A stretch of DNA of 38,969 nt, from the NCBI GenBank assembly GCA_041493205.1, contig JBGPYM010000003.1, forward strand, positions 1 through 38,969. The letters run 5' to 3'. This document shows positions 19,259 to 28,372 of the stretch, in pieces. The notes below the pieces were generated by a model that worked only from the letters and a program-made list of their open reading frames with translations, did not search any database and had not been told where the DNA came from. Position 1 is the stretch's first letter. Each line of letters begins with the position of its first letter. A program made the position numbers and the translations under genes. This DNA comes from Bacteroidota bacterium. GTDB taxonomy: Bacteria; Bacteroidota; Ignavibacteria; UBA10030; UBA6906.

Positions 19259-20650
19259 TCAAACCGTCCGTGAGAAGAGCTTTTTTTCCCTGGCCATCGA
19301 CTCAAGGTAGGCATCGAAGCACATCGCGATATTCCTGAGGAGAAGCCGCCCCGCTCCCACGATTTGGATTTTTCCCGGGAGCGTGGTGACGAGACCGTCG
19401 TCGATGAATTGCCGGAGCGCGAGGAGTGAGGGGGCAAAATATTCTTCGAAATCGATCCCGAACTCCGCTTCCACCGCGCGCGTGTCGAGTTCCAGATCGC
19501 ACATCAGTCGCATGATGACATGCTTGCGCACGCGGTCATCGTCCGTCATCCGGTATCCGAGTCGCGTGGCGAAGTCTCCCCTGTCGATCGATGCATAATA
19601 GTCCGTCAGCGTTTTTGCATTCTGCGCATAGCTCCCCTGGAAGTGGCTGATTGCGGACATACCGAATCCGTAGAGGTCCGCTCCCGATTTTGTGGAGTAT
19701 CCCTGGAAGTTCCTGTAGAGGGTCTTCTCTTTCTGCGCCCGGGCGAGCTCGTCGCCGGGGAGCGCAAAGTGATCCATCCCGATGTAGTCATAGCCGCCGT
19801 TGGCAAGGACCTCGATGGTCATTTTAAGGATCGCGAGCTTGTCTTCCGGCGACGGGAGATCTTCGGGGTGGATCAGCTTCTGGTGCGGTTTCATCCAGGG
19901 CACGTGTGCGTAATTGAACACCGCAATCCGGTCCGGCCCGAATCCGATGACCTTCCGTACGGTCGTTTCAAATGTGGAGAGCGTCTGCAGGGGGAGGCCG
20001 TAAATCAGGTCGAGATTGATGCTCGTGAAACCGGTCTCCCGTGCCCAGTCGTACACCCGTTGTGAGACCGCTTCGGGTTGCACGCGGTTCACGGCAGCCT
20101 GCACCCTTTCGTCAAAGTCCTGCACCCCCATGCTCATCCGGTTGAAGCCGGCGTCCCGGAGGGCAACGAGGTGATCGCGGGTAAGCTCACGCGGGTCAAT
20201 TTCCACACTCATCTCCGCCGCCGGGTCGATTTCGAACGAGGATCGGATCGACTCCCCCATAGTACGGATTTCGTCCGGCGTCAGGTGGGTCGGCGTCCCG
20301 CCTCCCCAGTGCACCTGTACAACGCGCCGTTCCGGGGCGATCATAGGCGCCACGAGCCCGATCTCCTTCACGAGCGCGCGGTTGTACTCCGCGATCCTGT
20401 TCCTGTCACGGGTGACCAGCATCGTACACCCGCAGAAGTAACAGAGCGTGTCGCAGAATGGAAAATGGAAGTAAAGGGAGATGTCCCCTGTTGTGCCGGG
20501 TCCGTTGGTGGCGGCAATCTCTTCGCGGAAATCGCCGGCTGAGAATGAAGGACTGAATAGCGGTGCGGTGGGGTAGCTTGTGTACCTTGGACCGGGCCGG
20601 TCATACTTCCTGAGTAACCGGAGGTCTACCTTGGAAAACGGGGATCCCAT
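19259..20650 (-). CDS. hemN: Oxygen-independent coproporphyrinogen III oxidase (radical SAM)
   Basis: GPRYTSYPTA, SLYFHFPFCDTLCYFCGC (CxxxCxxC), WGGGTPT, YIGMDHFA, LYRNFQGYST, C-terminal FSRTV. Confidence 0.96.
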   Translation of the reverse strand: MGSPFSKVDLRLLRKYDRPGPRYTSYPTAPLFSPSFSAGDFREEIAATNGPGTTGDISLYFHFPFCDTLCYFCGCTMLVTRDRNRIAEYNRALVKEIGLVAPMIAPERRVVQVHWGGGTPTHLTPDEIRTMGESIRSSFEIDPAAEMSVEIDPRELTRDHLVALRDAGFNRMSMGVQDFDERVQAAVNRVQPEAVSQRVYDWARETGFTSINLDLIYGLPLQTLSTFETTVRKVIGFGPDRIAVFNYAHVPWMKPHQKLIHPEDLPSPEDKLAILKMTIEVLANGGYDYIGMDHFALPGDELARAQKEKTLYRNFQGYSTKSGADLYGFGMSAISHFQGSYAQNAKTLTDYYASIDRGDFATRLGYRMTDDDRVRKHVIMRLMCDLELDTRAVEAEFGIDFEEYFAPSLLALRQFIDDGLVTTLPGKIQIVGAGRLLLRNIAMCFDAYLESMAREKKLFSRTV

Positions 20651-20683
20651 GCTGCCTGCTCCTGCTTCGTTACCCTCTTACAC

Positions 20684-20698
20684 GCAAAGGGAGTGCCA
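20684..20698 (-). promoter_or_regulatory. Sigma54 (-24/-12) promoter of hemN
   Basis: Minus strand TGGCAC-TCCCT-TTGC matches TGGCAC-N5-TTGC; lies ~34 bp upstream of the ATG with an AGGAG RBS in between. Confidence 0.8.
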
Positions 20699-20767
20699 TC
20701 CCACACTTGCCCAGAACAGGCTGAAAAATGCATTTTGAGAACTCTTTTGGCCAAAAATACAGGTATT

Positions 20768-20783
20768 TTCGCATATCTGGGAA
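20768..20783. promoter_or_regulatory. Candidate enhancer (UAS) for a sigma54 activator
   Basis: TTCGCA-TATC-TGGGAA, near-palindrome of TTCCCA-N4-TGGGAA; a related site lies at the same spacing upstream of ccmF. Confidence 0.6.
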
Positions 20784-20808
20784 CCGAGGTCGGACACGGC
20801 GTCATCGA

Positions 20809-21267
20809 TCACTTCATGATGAGCGTCGGGCTTACCTCCACGATCGATGCGATGGAGTTTGCGACGAGGCAGTGTTTCTCCGCCTCGCGGAGGGTTGCAT
20901 GGACATCGGTCTCCGCGACCGAACCTGCCACCACGATCGTTGGGAAGATCACGATCCGGGTAAAGCGGTAGTCTCCGTCCACATATTCCAGAACACCGTT
21001 CGCATGACTGTTGTACGCAATGACCGGGATCTGCTTCTGGGATGCAAACGAGAGGAATGTGGCCATATGGCAGACTTCCACAGCCCCCACGAACATATCT
21101 TCGGGAGTCCATACTCCCGATTCGCCACGGAACTCGGGCGGGCTCGAAATGCGGAGCGTCGGCTTACCATCGGAGACGATCGTGCCCGATTTTCCTTCGG
21201 TCCATGAAGTGCTCGTCTTATAGGTAAACGACTTGTGCTTGACGCGAGGTTGCTGTGCAGTTTCCAT
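20809..21267 (-). CDS. OsmC/Ohr family protein
   Basis: SSPPEFRG...WTPEDMFVGAVEVC and EKHCLVANSI, the two conserved Cys of OsmC-like proteins. Confidence 0.88.
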   Translation of the reverse strand: METAQQPRVKHKSFTYKTSTSWTEGKSGTIVSDGKPTLRISSPPEFRGESGVWTPEDMFVGAVEVCHMATFLSFASQKQIPVIAYNSHANGVLEYVDGDYRFTRIVIFPTIVVAGSVAETDVHATLREAEKHCLVANSIASIVEVSPTLIMK

Positions 21268-21319
21268 TCTGTCTGCCTGGTATTATTTATACAGTCATTG
21301 GTTCAGCCTGAGAAAGAGC

Positions 21320-21343
21320 CACCGGCGGGGACGCCGGTGCTAC
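21320..21343 (-). repeat. GTAG-family REP element
   Basis: Minus strand GTAG-CACCGGCG-TCCC-CGCCGGTG, 3 bp after the LeuD-like stop codon. Confidence 0.85.
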
Positions 21344-21346
21344 TAC

Positions 21347-21835
21347 CTATGGTTGAACAAGGCGCCGGCGCGTGTAGAGTATCAGACCGCCCGCGTCGAG
21401 AATCTCCTGGCGTGCAGCGGGAAGCTCGACACACTGATACGACTTCCCCGCGGTCACGTTGACAACCTCCCGATCCGTTAAACGTATCTCGTCCCCCACC
21501 GCGGCGGTGAAGCCGGGGGCCGTGGCCAGCCGGAGGCCGAGGTTGATCGCATTCTGCATGAAAATGCGGGCGAAACTCCAGGCGATGATGGTGAGCTCAT
21601 GTCCCTTGAGCGCAGAGACCGCCTGCTCGCGCGAGGACCCGCAGCCGAAATTGTTCCCCGCCGCGATGATACTCCCCTGCGGCAGGGTCCTGGACCGGAG
21701 TGCTGCATTGACCTCGGCCATGTCGGCAAACGCCCACTGGGGAGTCTCGGACGGCAGAACCGTCGCCATGTAACGTCCCGGATAAATGACGTCCGTCGAA
21801 ATATCGTCACCGAGAGTGAGAATGACTGCAGGCAT
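21347..21835 (-). CDS. LeuD/LysU/HacB-like aconitase-family small subunit
   Basis: GDDISTDVIYPGRY, AGNNFGCGSSREQA, SFARIFMQNAINLG, ILDAGGL. Start ATG 21835 with GGAGG RBS. Confidence 0.9.
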   Translation of the reverse strand: MPAVILTLGDDISTDVIYPGRYMATVLPSETPQWAFADMAEVNAALRSRTLPQGSIIAAGNNFGCGSSREQAVSALKGHELTIIAWSFARIFMQNAINLGLRLATAPGFTAAVGDEIRLTDREVVNVTAGKSYQCVELPAARQEILDAGGLILYTRRRLVQP

Positions 21836-21836
21836 G

Positions 21837-23129
21837 TCAGCGTCCTCCTTTCCGGGGATCGGCAATAACGCCGGCGAGGGCGGATGCCGCGGCAACTGCG
21901 GGAGAGCAGAGGAACACCCGGGCATTGGGGTTCCCCATGCGTCCCTTAAAGTTCCTGTTTGTCGTCGAGAGTGCGGTCTCACCGTCCCCCAGGGCCCCTT
22001 CATGGACACCGAGGCACGGCCCACACCCCGGGTTCATGACCACGGCGCCGGCCGCCATGAAATCGGCGATGTATCCTTTTTCCAGGGCCTGGCGGTAGAT
22101 CTTCCCCGACGCGGGAAACACCAACATACGCGTGGCGGGAGCGACCGACCGGCCGCGCACGATGCCCGCCGCGACCTCCAGATCATCCAGTCTGCCGTTC
22201 GTGCACGAACCGATGACGACCTGCTGGATTTCGGTCCCTGCGACCGCCGCCACAGATTTCACGTTGTCCACCGTATGGGGGCACGCGATCTGGGGTTCCA
22301 GCGCAGAGACGTCGATGGCAACCGTCCTTTCGTATGCCGCGTCGGCATCGGGAACGACCGGCCGCAGCACATCGCGGACACCTGCCTCCTGCTGCAGGTA
22401 CCGGGCCGTTTCCTCATCAGCCGGCACGATGCCTGAAGTAGCCCCGGCTTCCACCGCCATATTGCAGAGGACGAGCCGGCCCGACGTGTTCATCCGCCTG
22501 ATGGTGTCGCCATGAAATTCAATGACCTTGAAATTCGCGCCCTGTGCCCCGATGGTACCGATCAGATGGAGAATCAGGTCCTTCGGCCCGACCATCGGAG
22601 GAAACATTCCCGTCACGACGACTTTAATGGTTCCGGGAACTTCGACATTCACTGCAGCGCCGAGCGACCAAACGCTGGCCATTTCGGTCGCCCCGATACC
22701 GAAAGCAAACGCACCGAGCGCGCCATGGCTGGTCGTGTGGGAATCGGTCCCCACCACCACCGCGCCCGGCCTCACGTATCCGCTTTCGGGGAGGATCTGG
22801 TGGCAGATGCCGCCGACGTCTCCGCGGATATCGTGAAACTTCTGAATGGCGTGACGGGTGACGAACTCGCGGACCTTTTTCTGGTTGCCCGCGGTTTTCG
22901 CAGACTCCGCGGGCACGCGGTGATCGAAGATGATCGCGACCTTCGAGGGATCCCAGATCCGGGGTTCGAGCCCGGTCCCCTCGAATATCTCGAGAAATTG
23001 ATTCACCACGAGCGCCGCATTCTCATGCGACATCGCCAGGTCGACGCGCGGCTCCAGCACCTCTCCCGCCTGCGACGACGCCCTGCCGCTTGCGCGCGCA
23101 AGGATCTTCTCAACGACCGTCATTCCCAT
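21837..23129 (-). CDS. LeuC/LysT/HacA-like aconitase-family large subunit [4Fe-4S]
   Basis: MGMTVVEKILA, FDH, GICHQ, GTDSHT, IGSCTNGR, PGCGPCLG, STTNRNFKGRMG. Confidence 0.92.
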   Translation of the reverse strand: MGMTVVEKILARASGRASSQAGEVLEPRVDLAMSHENAALVVNQFLEIFEGTGLEPRIWDPSKVAIIFDHRVPAESAKTAGNQKKVREFVTRHAIQKFHDIRGDVGGICHQILPESGYVRPGAVVVGTDSHTTSHGALGAFAFGIGATEMASVWSLGAAVNVEVPGTIKVVVTGMFPPMVGPKDLILHLIGTIGAQGANFKVIEFHGDTIRRMNTSGRLVLCNMAVEAGATSGIVPADEETARYLQQEAGVRDVLRPVVPDADAAYERTVAIDVSALEPQIACPHTVDNVKSVAAVAGTEIQQVVIGSCTNGRLDDLEVAAGIVRGRSVAPATRMLVFPASGKIYRQALEKGYIADFMAAGAVVMNPGCGPCLGVHEGALGDGETALSTTNRNFKGRMGNPNARVFLCSPAVAAASALAGVIADPRKGGR

Positions 23130-23130
23130 G

Positions 23131-24348
23131 TCAGATCACCCCGGTTTCTTTGAGACTCTGGATTTCCGCGTCACTGTACCCGATGCTTCCCAGGACGGCG
23201 CATGAATGCTCTCCCAGCTGCGGCGGAGGTCCCGTTACCGCACCCGGCGTTTTCGAGAATTTCGCCGTGAGGTTGAACAGAGGGAGATCGCCGATGCCGT
23301 CAACGCGTGTGGTTCCAAATGTGTTACGATGTTCCACCTGCGGCTGCCGGACGGCCTCGGGAAGCGACAGAATGGCCCCGGCAGGTACTTCCCGCGCGTT
23401 CAGCACGTCAACCCACTCCGCTGTGTTTTTGAGCATCAGCTTCGCCTCCAGGAGCGGGGTGAGCGCACGGCGGTTCTTCTTCCGGACGTCACGCTCCTTG
23501 AACCTCGCATCGTCCTTCAGCTCAGGAAGTCCGAGCGCGTCCGCGACAGCTTCCCACTGTTCCTGTTTGTTCGCCGCAATATTGATAAACCCGTCCTTCG
23601 TCCTGAAGACACCTGATGGCGCAGCGGTGAAGTTATCATTCCCCATCAACACCGGTTCCTGTCCCCCGATCATGAAGTTGGCGACAACCCACCCCATGAG
23701 CGGCATGATCGAATCCAGGAGTGCCACATCGATGAACTGCCCTTCGCCCGTCCGTTCCCTGTGGTACAGGGCTGCCATGATCGCAAAGGCAGCGTTCAGC
23801 CCTCCCACCGTATCGCAGACCGGGAATCCCGCGCGGAGGGGAGCCGTGTGGTCATCGCCATTGATCGACATTTCGCCGCTCAGCCCCTGGATGATCTGGT
23901 CATACGCAGGTTTGAGCGCGTCGGGCCCCGTCTGGCCGAACCCCGAGATCGCGCAATACACAAGGTGGGGATTGCGTGCGGCGAGCGATTCATAGGAGAG
24001 TCCGAGCCGTTTCATGACATCGGGGCGGAAGTTTTCCACCACGACATCCGCCGTTGCCGCAAGGCGGAGGAACACTTCTTTCCCTGCCGGAGACTTCAGG
24101 TTGAGCGTCAGCGATTTCTTGTTTGCGTTCTGCGCAAGATAGCTTGTCCCCATCAGCCGCCGGTTGTACTCCGGCACGCAGCCGAGCTTGCGCGCCAGAT
24201 CGCCGCCGGCAGGATTTTCAATTTTTATGACTTCCGCGCCCAGGAGTGCCAGGTGCAACGTGGCGAAGGGCCCGGAGAGGACATTTGTCAGATCGAGGAC
24301 GCGGATCCCCGCGAGGAGAGCCGTCCTCTGTGGGCGTGAGTCAGGCAT
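23131..24348 (-). CDS. Family III CoA-transferase (CaiB/BaiF)
   Basis: LAGIRVLDLT, LGAEVIKIE, NANKKSLTLNLK, DVVVENFRP, ISGFGQTGP, catalytic Asp in GFPVCD, PPQLGEH. Start ATG 24348. Confidence 0.93.
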   Translation of the reverse strand: MPDSRPQRTALLAGIRVLDLTNVLSGPFATLHLALLGAEVIKIENPAGGDLARKLGCVPEYNRRLMGTSYLAQNANKKSLTLNLKSPAGKEVFLRLAATADVVVENFRPDVMKRLGLSYESLAARNPHLVYCAISGFGQTGPDALKPAYDQIIQGLSGEMSINGDDHTAPLRAGFPVCDTVGGLNAAFAIMAALYHRERTGEGQFIDVALLDSIMPLMGWVVANFMIGGQEPVLMGNDNFTAAPSGVFRTKDGFINIAANKQEQWEAVADALGLPELKDDARFKERDVRKKNRRALTPLLEAKLMLKNTAEWVDVLNAREVPAGAILSLPEAVRQPQVEHRNTFGTTRVDGIGDLPLFNLTAKFSKTPGAVTGPPPQLGEHSCAVLGSIGYSDAEIQSLKETGVI

Positions 24349-25261
24349 GGAGTGCTTCCGCTTCCGGAATGGAGCCTGTTCTGTAGATAAGTCCGGGGAG
24401 TTCTCTGCCGAAGTGACCGGACACCGCACCGGCGAGCGTTGTGAGGCCGTCGAGCCGGACATCCCTGCGAATCCCCATGTGCTGCAGCATATGGACGAGA
24501 TCCTCCGTGCAGACGTTGCCTCCTGCAATCTTCGTAAAGGGGCATCCGCCGAGACCGCCGACCGAACATTCCAGTGATACCACCCCCGCCCGCATTGCGG
24601 CGAACGTGTTTGCCAGCCCCATACCGTACGTATTGTGAAAGTGGCAGGCGAGTTCAGCTTCGGGGCTCAGAGTCTTGATTTCATTGAACAACCGTTCCAC
24701 GCGATCAGGTGTTGCGTGTCCGGCGGTATCCGCCAGGCTGATGCGGGTGAGGCCGGCGTCGATGTAGCTGCGCACGATCCGCAGAACATCCTCCGGGGGA
24801 ACCGGCCCTTCAAACCCGCAGCCGAATGCGGACTGGACCGACACCTGGACAGCGTACCCGGCGCCGGCCGCCTGGCGCGCCATGGCGATGATTCGTCCTG
24901 TCGCTTCCGCGACGGGCATACCGGTATTCTTTCTGCTGTGTGTTTCGCTTGCCGACACTCCCATACAGAAGAGTCCGACGCCACACGCGAGGCCGCGTTC
25001 GAGCCCCTTTTCATTGAGCACGAGGCCGGAGAGGGTGACGTCCGCCGGTACCTCGCCGGTTGCGCGGAGCTGCCGAAACAGTTCGTCGGTGTCGGCCATC
25101 TGCGGGATTTTTGCCGGGTGTACAAAGGAGCCCACCTGGACCACATCCACGCCGGTCCTGACCAGGCGCATGAGCCATTCGAGCTTCACCGCGGTCGGGA
25201 CGATCTGATATTCCATCTGCAGACCGTCGCGCAGGCAGACATCGTGGAGAATGATCTTCAT
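24341..25261 (-). CDS. HMG-CoA lyase-like (DRE-TIM) acyl-CoA lyase
   Basis: DVCLRDGLQ, GSFVHP..IPQMAD, SASETHSRKN, AFGCGFEG, LADTAG, HFHNTYG, GGLGGCPF, GNVCTED. Start ATG 25261. Confidence 0.9.
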   Translation of the reverse strand: MKIILHDVCLRDGLQMEYQIVPTAVKLEWLMRLVRTGVDVVQVGSFVHPAKIPQMADTDELFRQLRATGEVPADVTLSGLVLNEKGLERGLACGVGLFCMGVSASETHSRKNTGMPVAEATGRIIAMARQAAGAGYAVQVSVQSAFGCGFEGPVPPEDVLRIVRSYIDAGLTRISLADTAGHATPDRVERLFNEIKTLSPEAELACHFHNTYGMGLANTFAAMRAGVVSLECSVGGLGGCPFTKIAGGNVCTEDLVHMLQHMGIRRDVRLDGLTTLAGAVSGHFGRELPGLIYRTGSIPEAEALHA

Positions 25262-25274
25262 GGCCGTTGCCGTC

Positions 25275-26399
25275 TCACTTCCGTATGGCAGCTGCAATTG
25301 CGCGGGCGCAGTCGAGCGTGGTGGCGCACCCCCCCATGTCGTACGTCCTGACCTTCCCCTCGCGGATGACGGCCGCGGTGGCCTCGTCGATCTGCTTCCC
25401 CTTGCCGGTCTCGCCGAGCCAGTCGAGCATCATCTTCGCCGCCAGGATTGTCGCAATGGGATTCACCTTGTACTGGCCGGCGTACTTGGGGGCTGAGCCG
25501 TGCGACGGTTCGAAGACCGCCAGTTTTTTCCCGATGTTTCCGGAACAGGCGAAACCGAGGCCCCCGACCATCTGTGCGGCGAGATCGGAGATGATATCCC
25601 CATAGAGATTGGGGGCCACCAGCACGTCATAGCTCATCGGATTCTTGAGGAGCCACATGCAGATCGCGTCGACATTTGCCTCGTCCATGGCGATGCCGGG
25701 AAACTCTTTTGCGACCCGTTTCGCCTCTTCCAGGAAGAGGCCGTCGGTTGCGCGGACCACATTGGCTTTATGGACCACCGTCACCTTTTTTCGACCGTTG
25801 TCGCGGGCGAATTCAAACGCCGCGCGGACAATCCTTTCGGATCCCCGCTTCGTATTCACTTTGCAGGAGACCGCGTACTGATCGCCGGCGAGGTCTTTGA
25901 ACGCCGCGAACGGCTTCGAAAGCTGTGCCAGGACGGCAGCGAGCTCGCGCGGGACCGGATTGAATTCCACGCCTGCGTACAGGTCTTCGGTATTCTCACG
26001 GAAAACGACGAGGTCGATCCCCTCCTTGAAATTGAGCGGGTTTCCCGGATAGGCCCGGCACGGGCGGAGGCAGGTATAGAGGTCGAACACCTGCCGCATG
26101 CGGACGATCGGCGACCGGTAGACGAGTCCTTTGCCTTTGAGAGCGGGAATGAGCTCCGCCTCGGCCGCGCTGACCGGCTTGGATGTGATGGCACCAAACA
26201 TGGCCGCATCGACTCTTCGGAGAAGGTCGATCGTGCGGGCGGGAAAGGCATCGCCTTCGCTCCTCCAGAACTCCCAGCCGATATCCCCGTGGATGTACTC
26301 GGCCTCCAGGCCTACGGCGTCCAGGACGATCCGGGTGGCTTCCATCACTTCGGTGCCGACGCCGTCGCCGGGCAGCCATGCAATCTTATAGGCACTCAT
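25275..26399 (-). CDS. Beta-decarboxylating dehydrogenase (homoisocitrate/isocitrate/isopropylmalate family), probably NADP-preferring
   Basis: LPGDGVGTEV, RSPIVRMRQ, FRENTEDLY, VHKANV, NLYGDIISD, FEPSHGSAPKYAG, NPIATIL. Confidence 0.92.
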   Translation of the reverse strand: MSAYKIAWLPGDGVGTEVMEATRIVLDAVGLEAEYIHGDIGWEFWRSEGDAFPARTIDLLRRVDAAMFGAITSKPVSAAEAELIPALKGKGLVYRSPIVRMRQVFDLYTCLRPCRAYPGNPLNFKEGIDLVVFRENTEDLYAGVEFNPVPRELAAVLAQLSKPFAAFKDLAGDQYAVSCKVNTKRGSERIVRAAFEFARDNGRKKVTVVHKANVVRATDGLFLEEAKRVAKEFPGIAMDEANVDAICMWLLKNPMSYDVLVAPNLYGDIISDLAAQMVGGLGFACSGNIGKKLAVFEPSHGSAPKYAGQYKVNPIATILAAKMMLDWLGETGKGKQIDEATAAVIREGKVRTYDMGGCATTLDCARAIAAAIRK

Positions 26400-26429
26400 A
26401 CGGTGGCGTAATCCTTTTCAGGTGGCGTG

Positions 26430-26484
26430 AAACAAGAAAACTCCGCCGGCCGGCCCGCGTCCGCGGCTCCCCGGTGCGACGGAG
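26430..26484 (-). terminator. Putative intrinsic terminator ending the ccmF-to-ferritin-like operon
   Basis: Minus strand CTCCGTCG...CGGCGGAG outer stem with inner CCGG/CCGG and CCGCG/CGCGG pairing, followed by TTTTCTTGTTT. Confidence 0.55.
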
Positions 26485-26497
26485 GGTGAGGCGGGGA

Positions 26498-26749
26498 TCA
26501 GTCCGCGATCCCGGTTTCCAGGTCCTTCTGGATCGTCAGCTCCTCAAGCTCCTTGCGCAGCGTATCCGCGTGTCCCTGTTCCATGTCCGCGAGGGACATC
26601 AGGACGCGCCGCGTGTGCACATTGCCGGTCATGGCCGCGGCGCGGCGGTAATAGTCGCGCGCATCCTCCTCGTCCGCAATTGCGAGCTCGAGGACATCCT
26701 GAATGGACATTGCGCTCCAGGCAAGGTCGTCGTGACGAACGTGAGGCAT
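26498..26749 (-). CDS. Small ferritin/rubrerythrin-like half-domain protein (83 aa)
   Basis: LELAIADEEDARDYY...LADMEQGH is one E-x6-Y-x22-E-x2-H unit. Start ATG 26749. Confidence 0.8.
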   Translation of the reverse strand: MPHVRHDDLAWSAMSIQDVLELAIADEEDARDYYRRAAAMTGNVHTRRVLMSLADMEQGHADTLRKELEELTIQKDLETGIAD

Positions 26750-26750
26750 A

Positions 26751-26999
26751 TCAGGCAAAGCTGTCGTTGATCTTTTCCAGCGTGTCAAATTTTACGGTCA
26801 GGATTTCCCGTTTTTCACGGAGGACCGCAATGGCATGTTCCCGCTCGCTGACGAGCGATTCCAGGATCTCCCGCACATCGGGGTAGTCACAACTGGCGAG
26901 GTACTCCCGGTACATCCCGACCGCCTCCTGTTCCCTCCGTTCCGCCAGTTCCAGGGCGCTGCACAGCCCCTTACACGAATGCATGCAATTCGGATCCAT
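26751..26999 (-). CDS. Small ferritin-like half-domain protein with N-terminal CxxxCxxxC (82 aa)
   Basis: GAGGAGG RBS before ATG 26999; CMHSCKGLC, then LELAERREQEAVGMY...SLVSEREH. Confidence 0.7.
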   Translation of the reverse strand: MDPNCMHSCKGLCSALELAERREQEAVGMYREYLASCDYPDVREILESLVSEREHAIAVLREKREILTVKFDTLEKINDSFA

Positions 27000-27027
27000 C
27001 AAATCCTCCTCTGCCGAACATTGTGTG

Positions 27028-27582
27028 TTACACGGCCGCTTCGACCGGTCCCGCGAGTTCCATTCCCCGCCGCAGCGCCGACTCATTCAGCGGGAGCAGG
27101 TGGTGGTAGCGCTCCGGAAGCACTTTTTTCAGCGCCGACATCACAGCGCCGGTTTCGACGACGTGCGACCGCTCGAGGAACGCCCCCAGGACGATCATGT
27201 TCATCGTTTTCGCGTTCTTCAGTTTCAGGGCCTCGACCACGGCGGCCACCGGAAGGATCTGGCAATCGGTCCTCGTCGGCGGGTGAATGATGCTGGTCGA
27301 TTCGTAGATGAGCAATCCGCCCGGACGAACGGCGGCCTCGAACTTATCGAGCGAGGGCTGATTCAGGGCGATGACCGTGTCGAATGTTGTGATTATCGGC
27401 GAGCTCACTTTCGCGTCGGAGACGATGACTATGCAATTCGCCGTGCCGCCGCGCATCTCGGGCCCGTATGACGGCATCCAGCTGATTTCCTTCCCTTCCA
27501 CCATACCGGCGTAGGCAAGGGTCATACCCATGGAGAGAACACCCTGGCCTCCGAATCCGGCGATGAGCAATTCATGTTTCAT
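27028..27582 (-). CDS. 2-oxoacid:ferredoxin oxidoreductase gamma subunit
   Basis: IAGFGGQGV, PSYGPEMRGGTANC, NMIVLGA. Confidence 0.93.
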   Translation of the reverse strand: MKHELLIAGFGGQGVLSMGMTLAYAGMVEGKEISWMPSYGPEMRGGTANCIVIVSDAKVSSPIITTFDTVIALNQPSLDKFEAAVRPGGLLIYESTSIIHPPTRTDCQILPVAAVVEALKLKNAKTMNMIVLGAFLERSHVVETGAVMSALKKVLPERYHHLLPLNESALRRGMELAGPVEAAV

Positions 27583-27594
27583 AACCCGGTCCTC

Positions 27595-28371
<777 letters not shown>

Positions 28372-28372
28372 G

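Noticed and set aside
21347-26399. Calling the cassette a standard leucine operon (leuBCD)
   Set aside because: There is no leuA or ilv gene, the dehydrogenase lacks IPMDH substrate residues, and lyase and transferase genes are embedded; gene symbols withheld.
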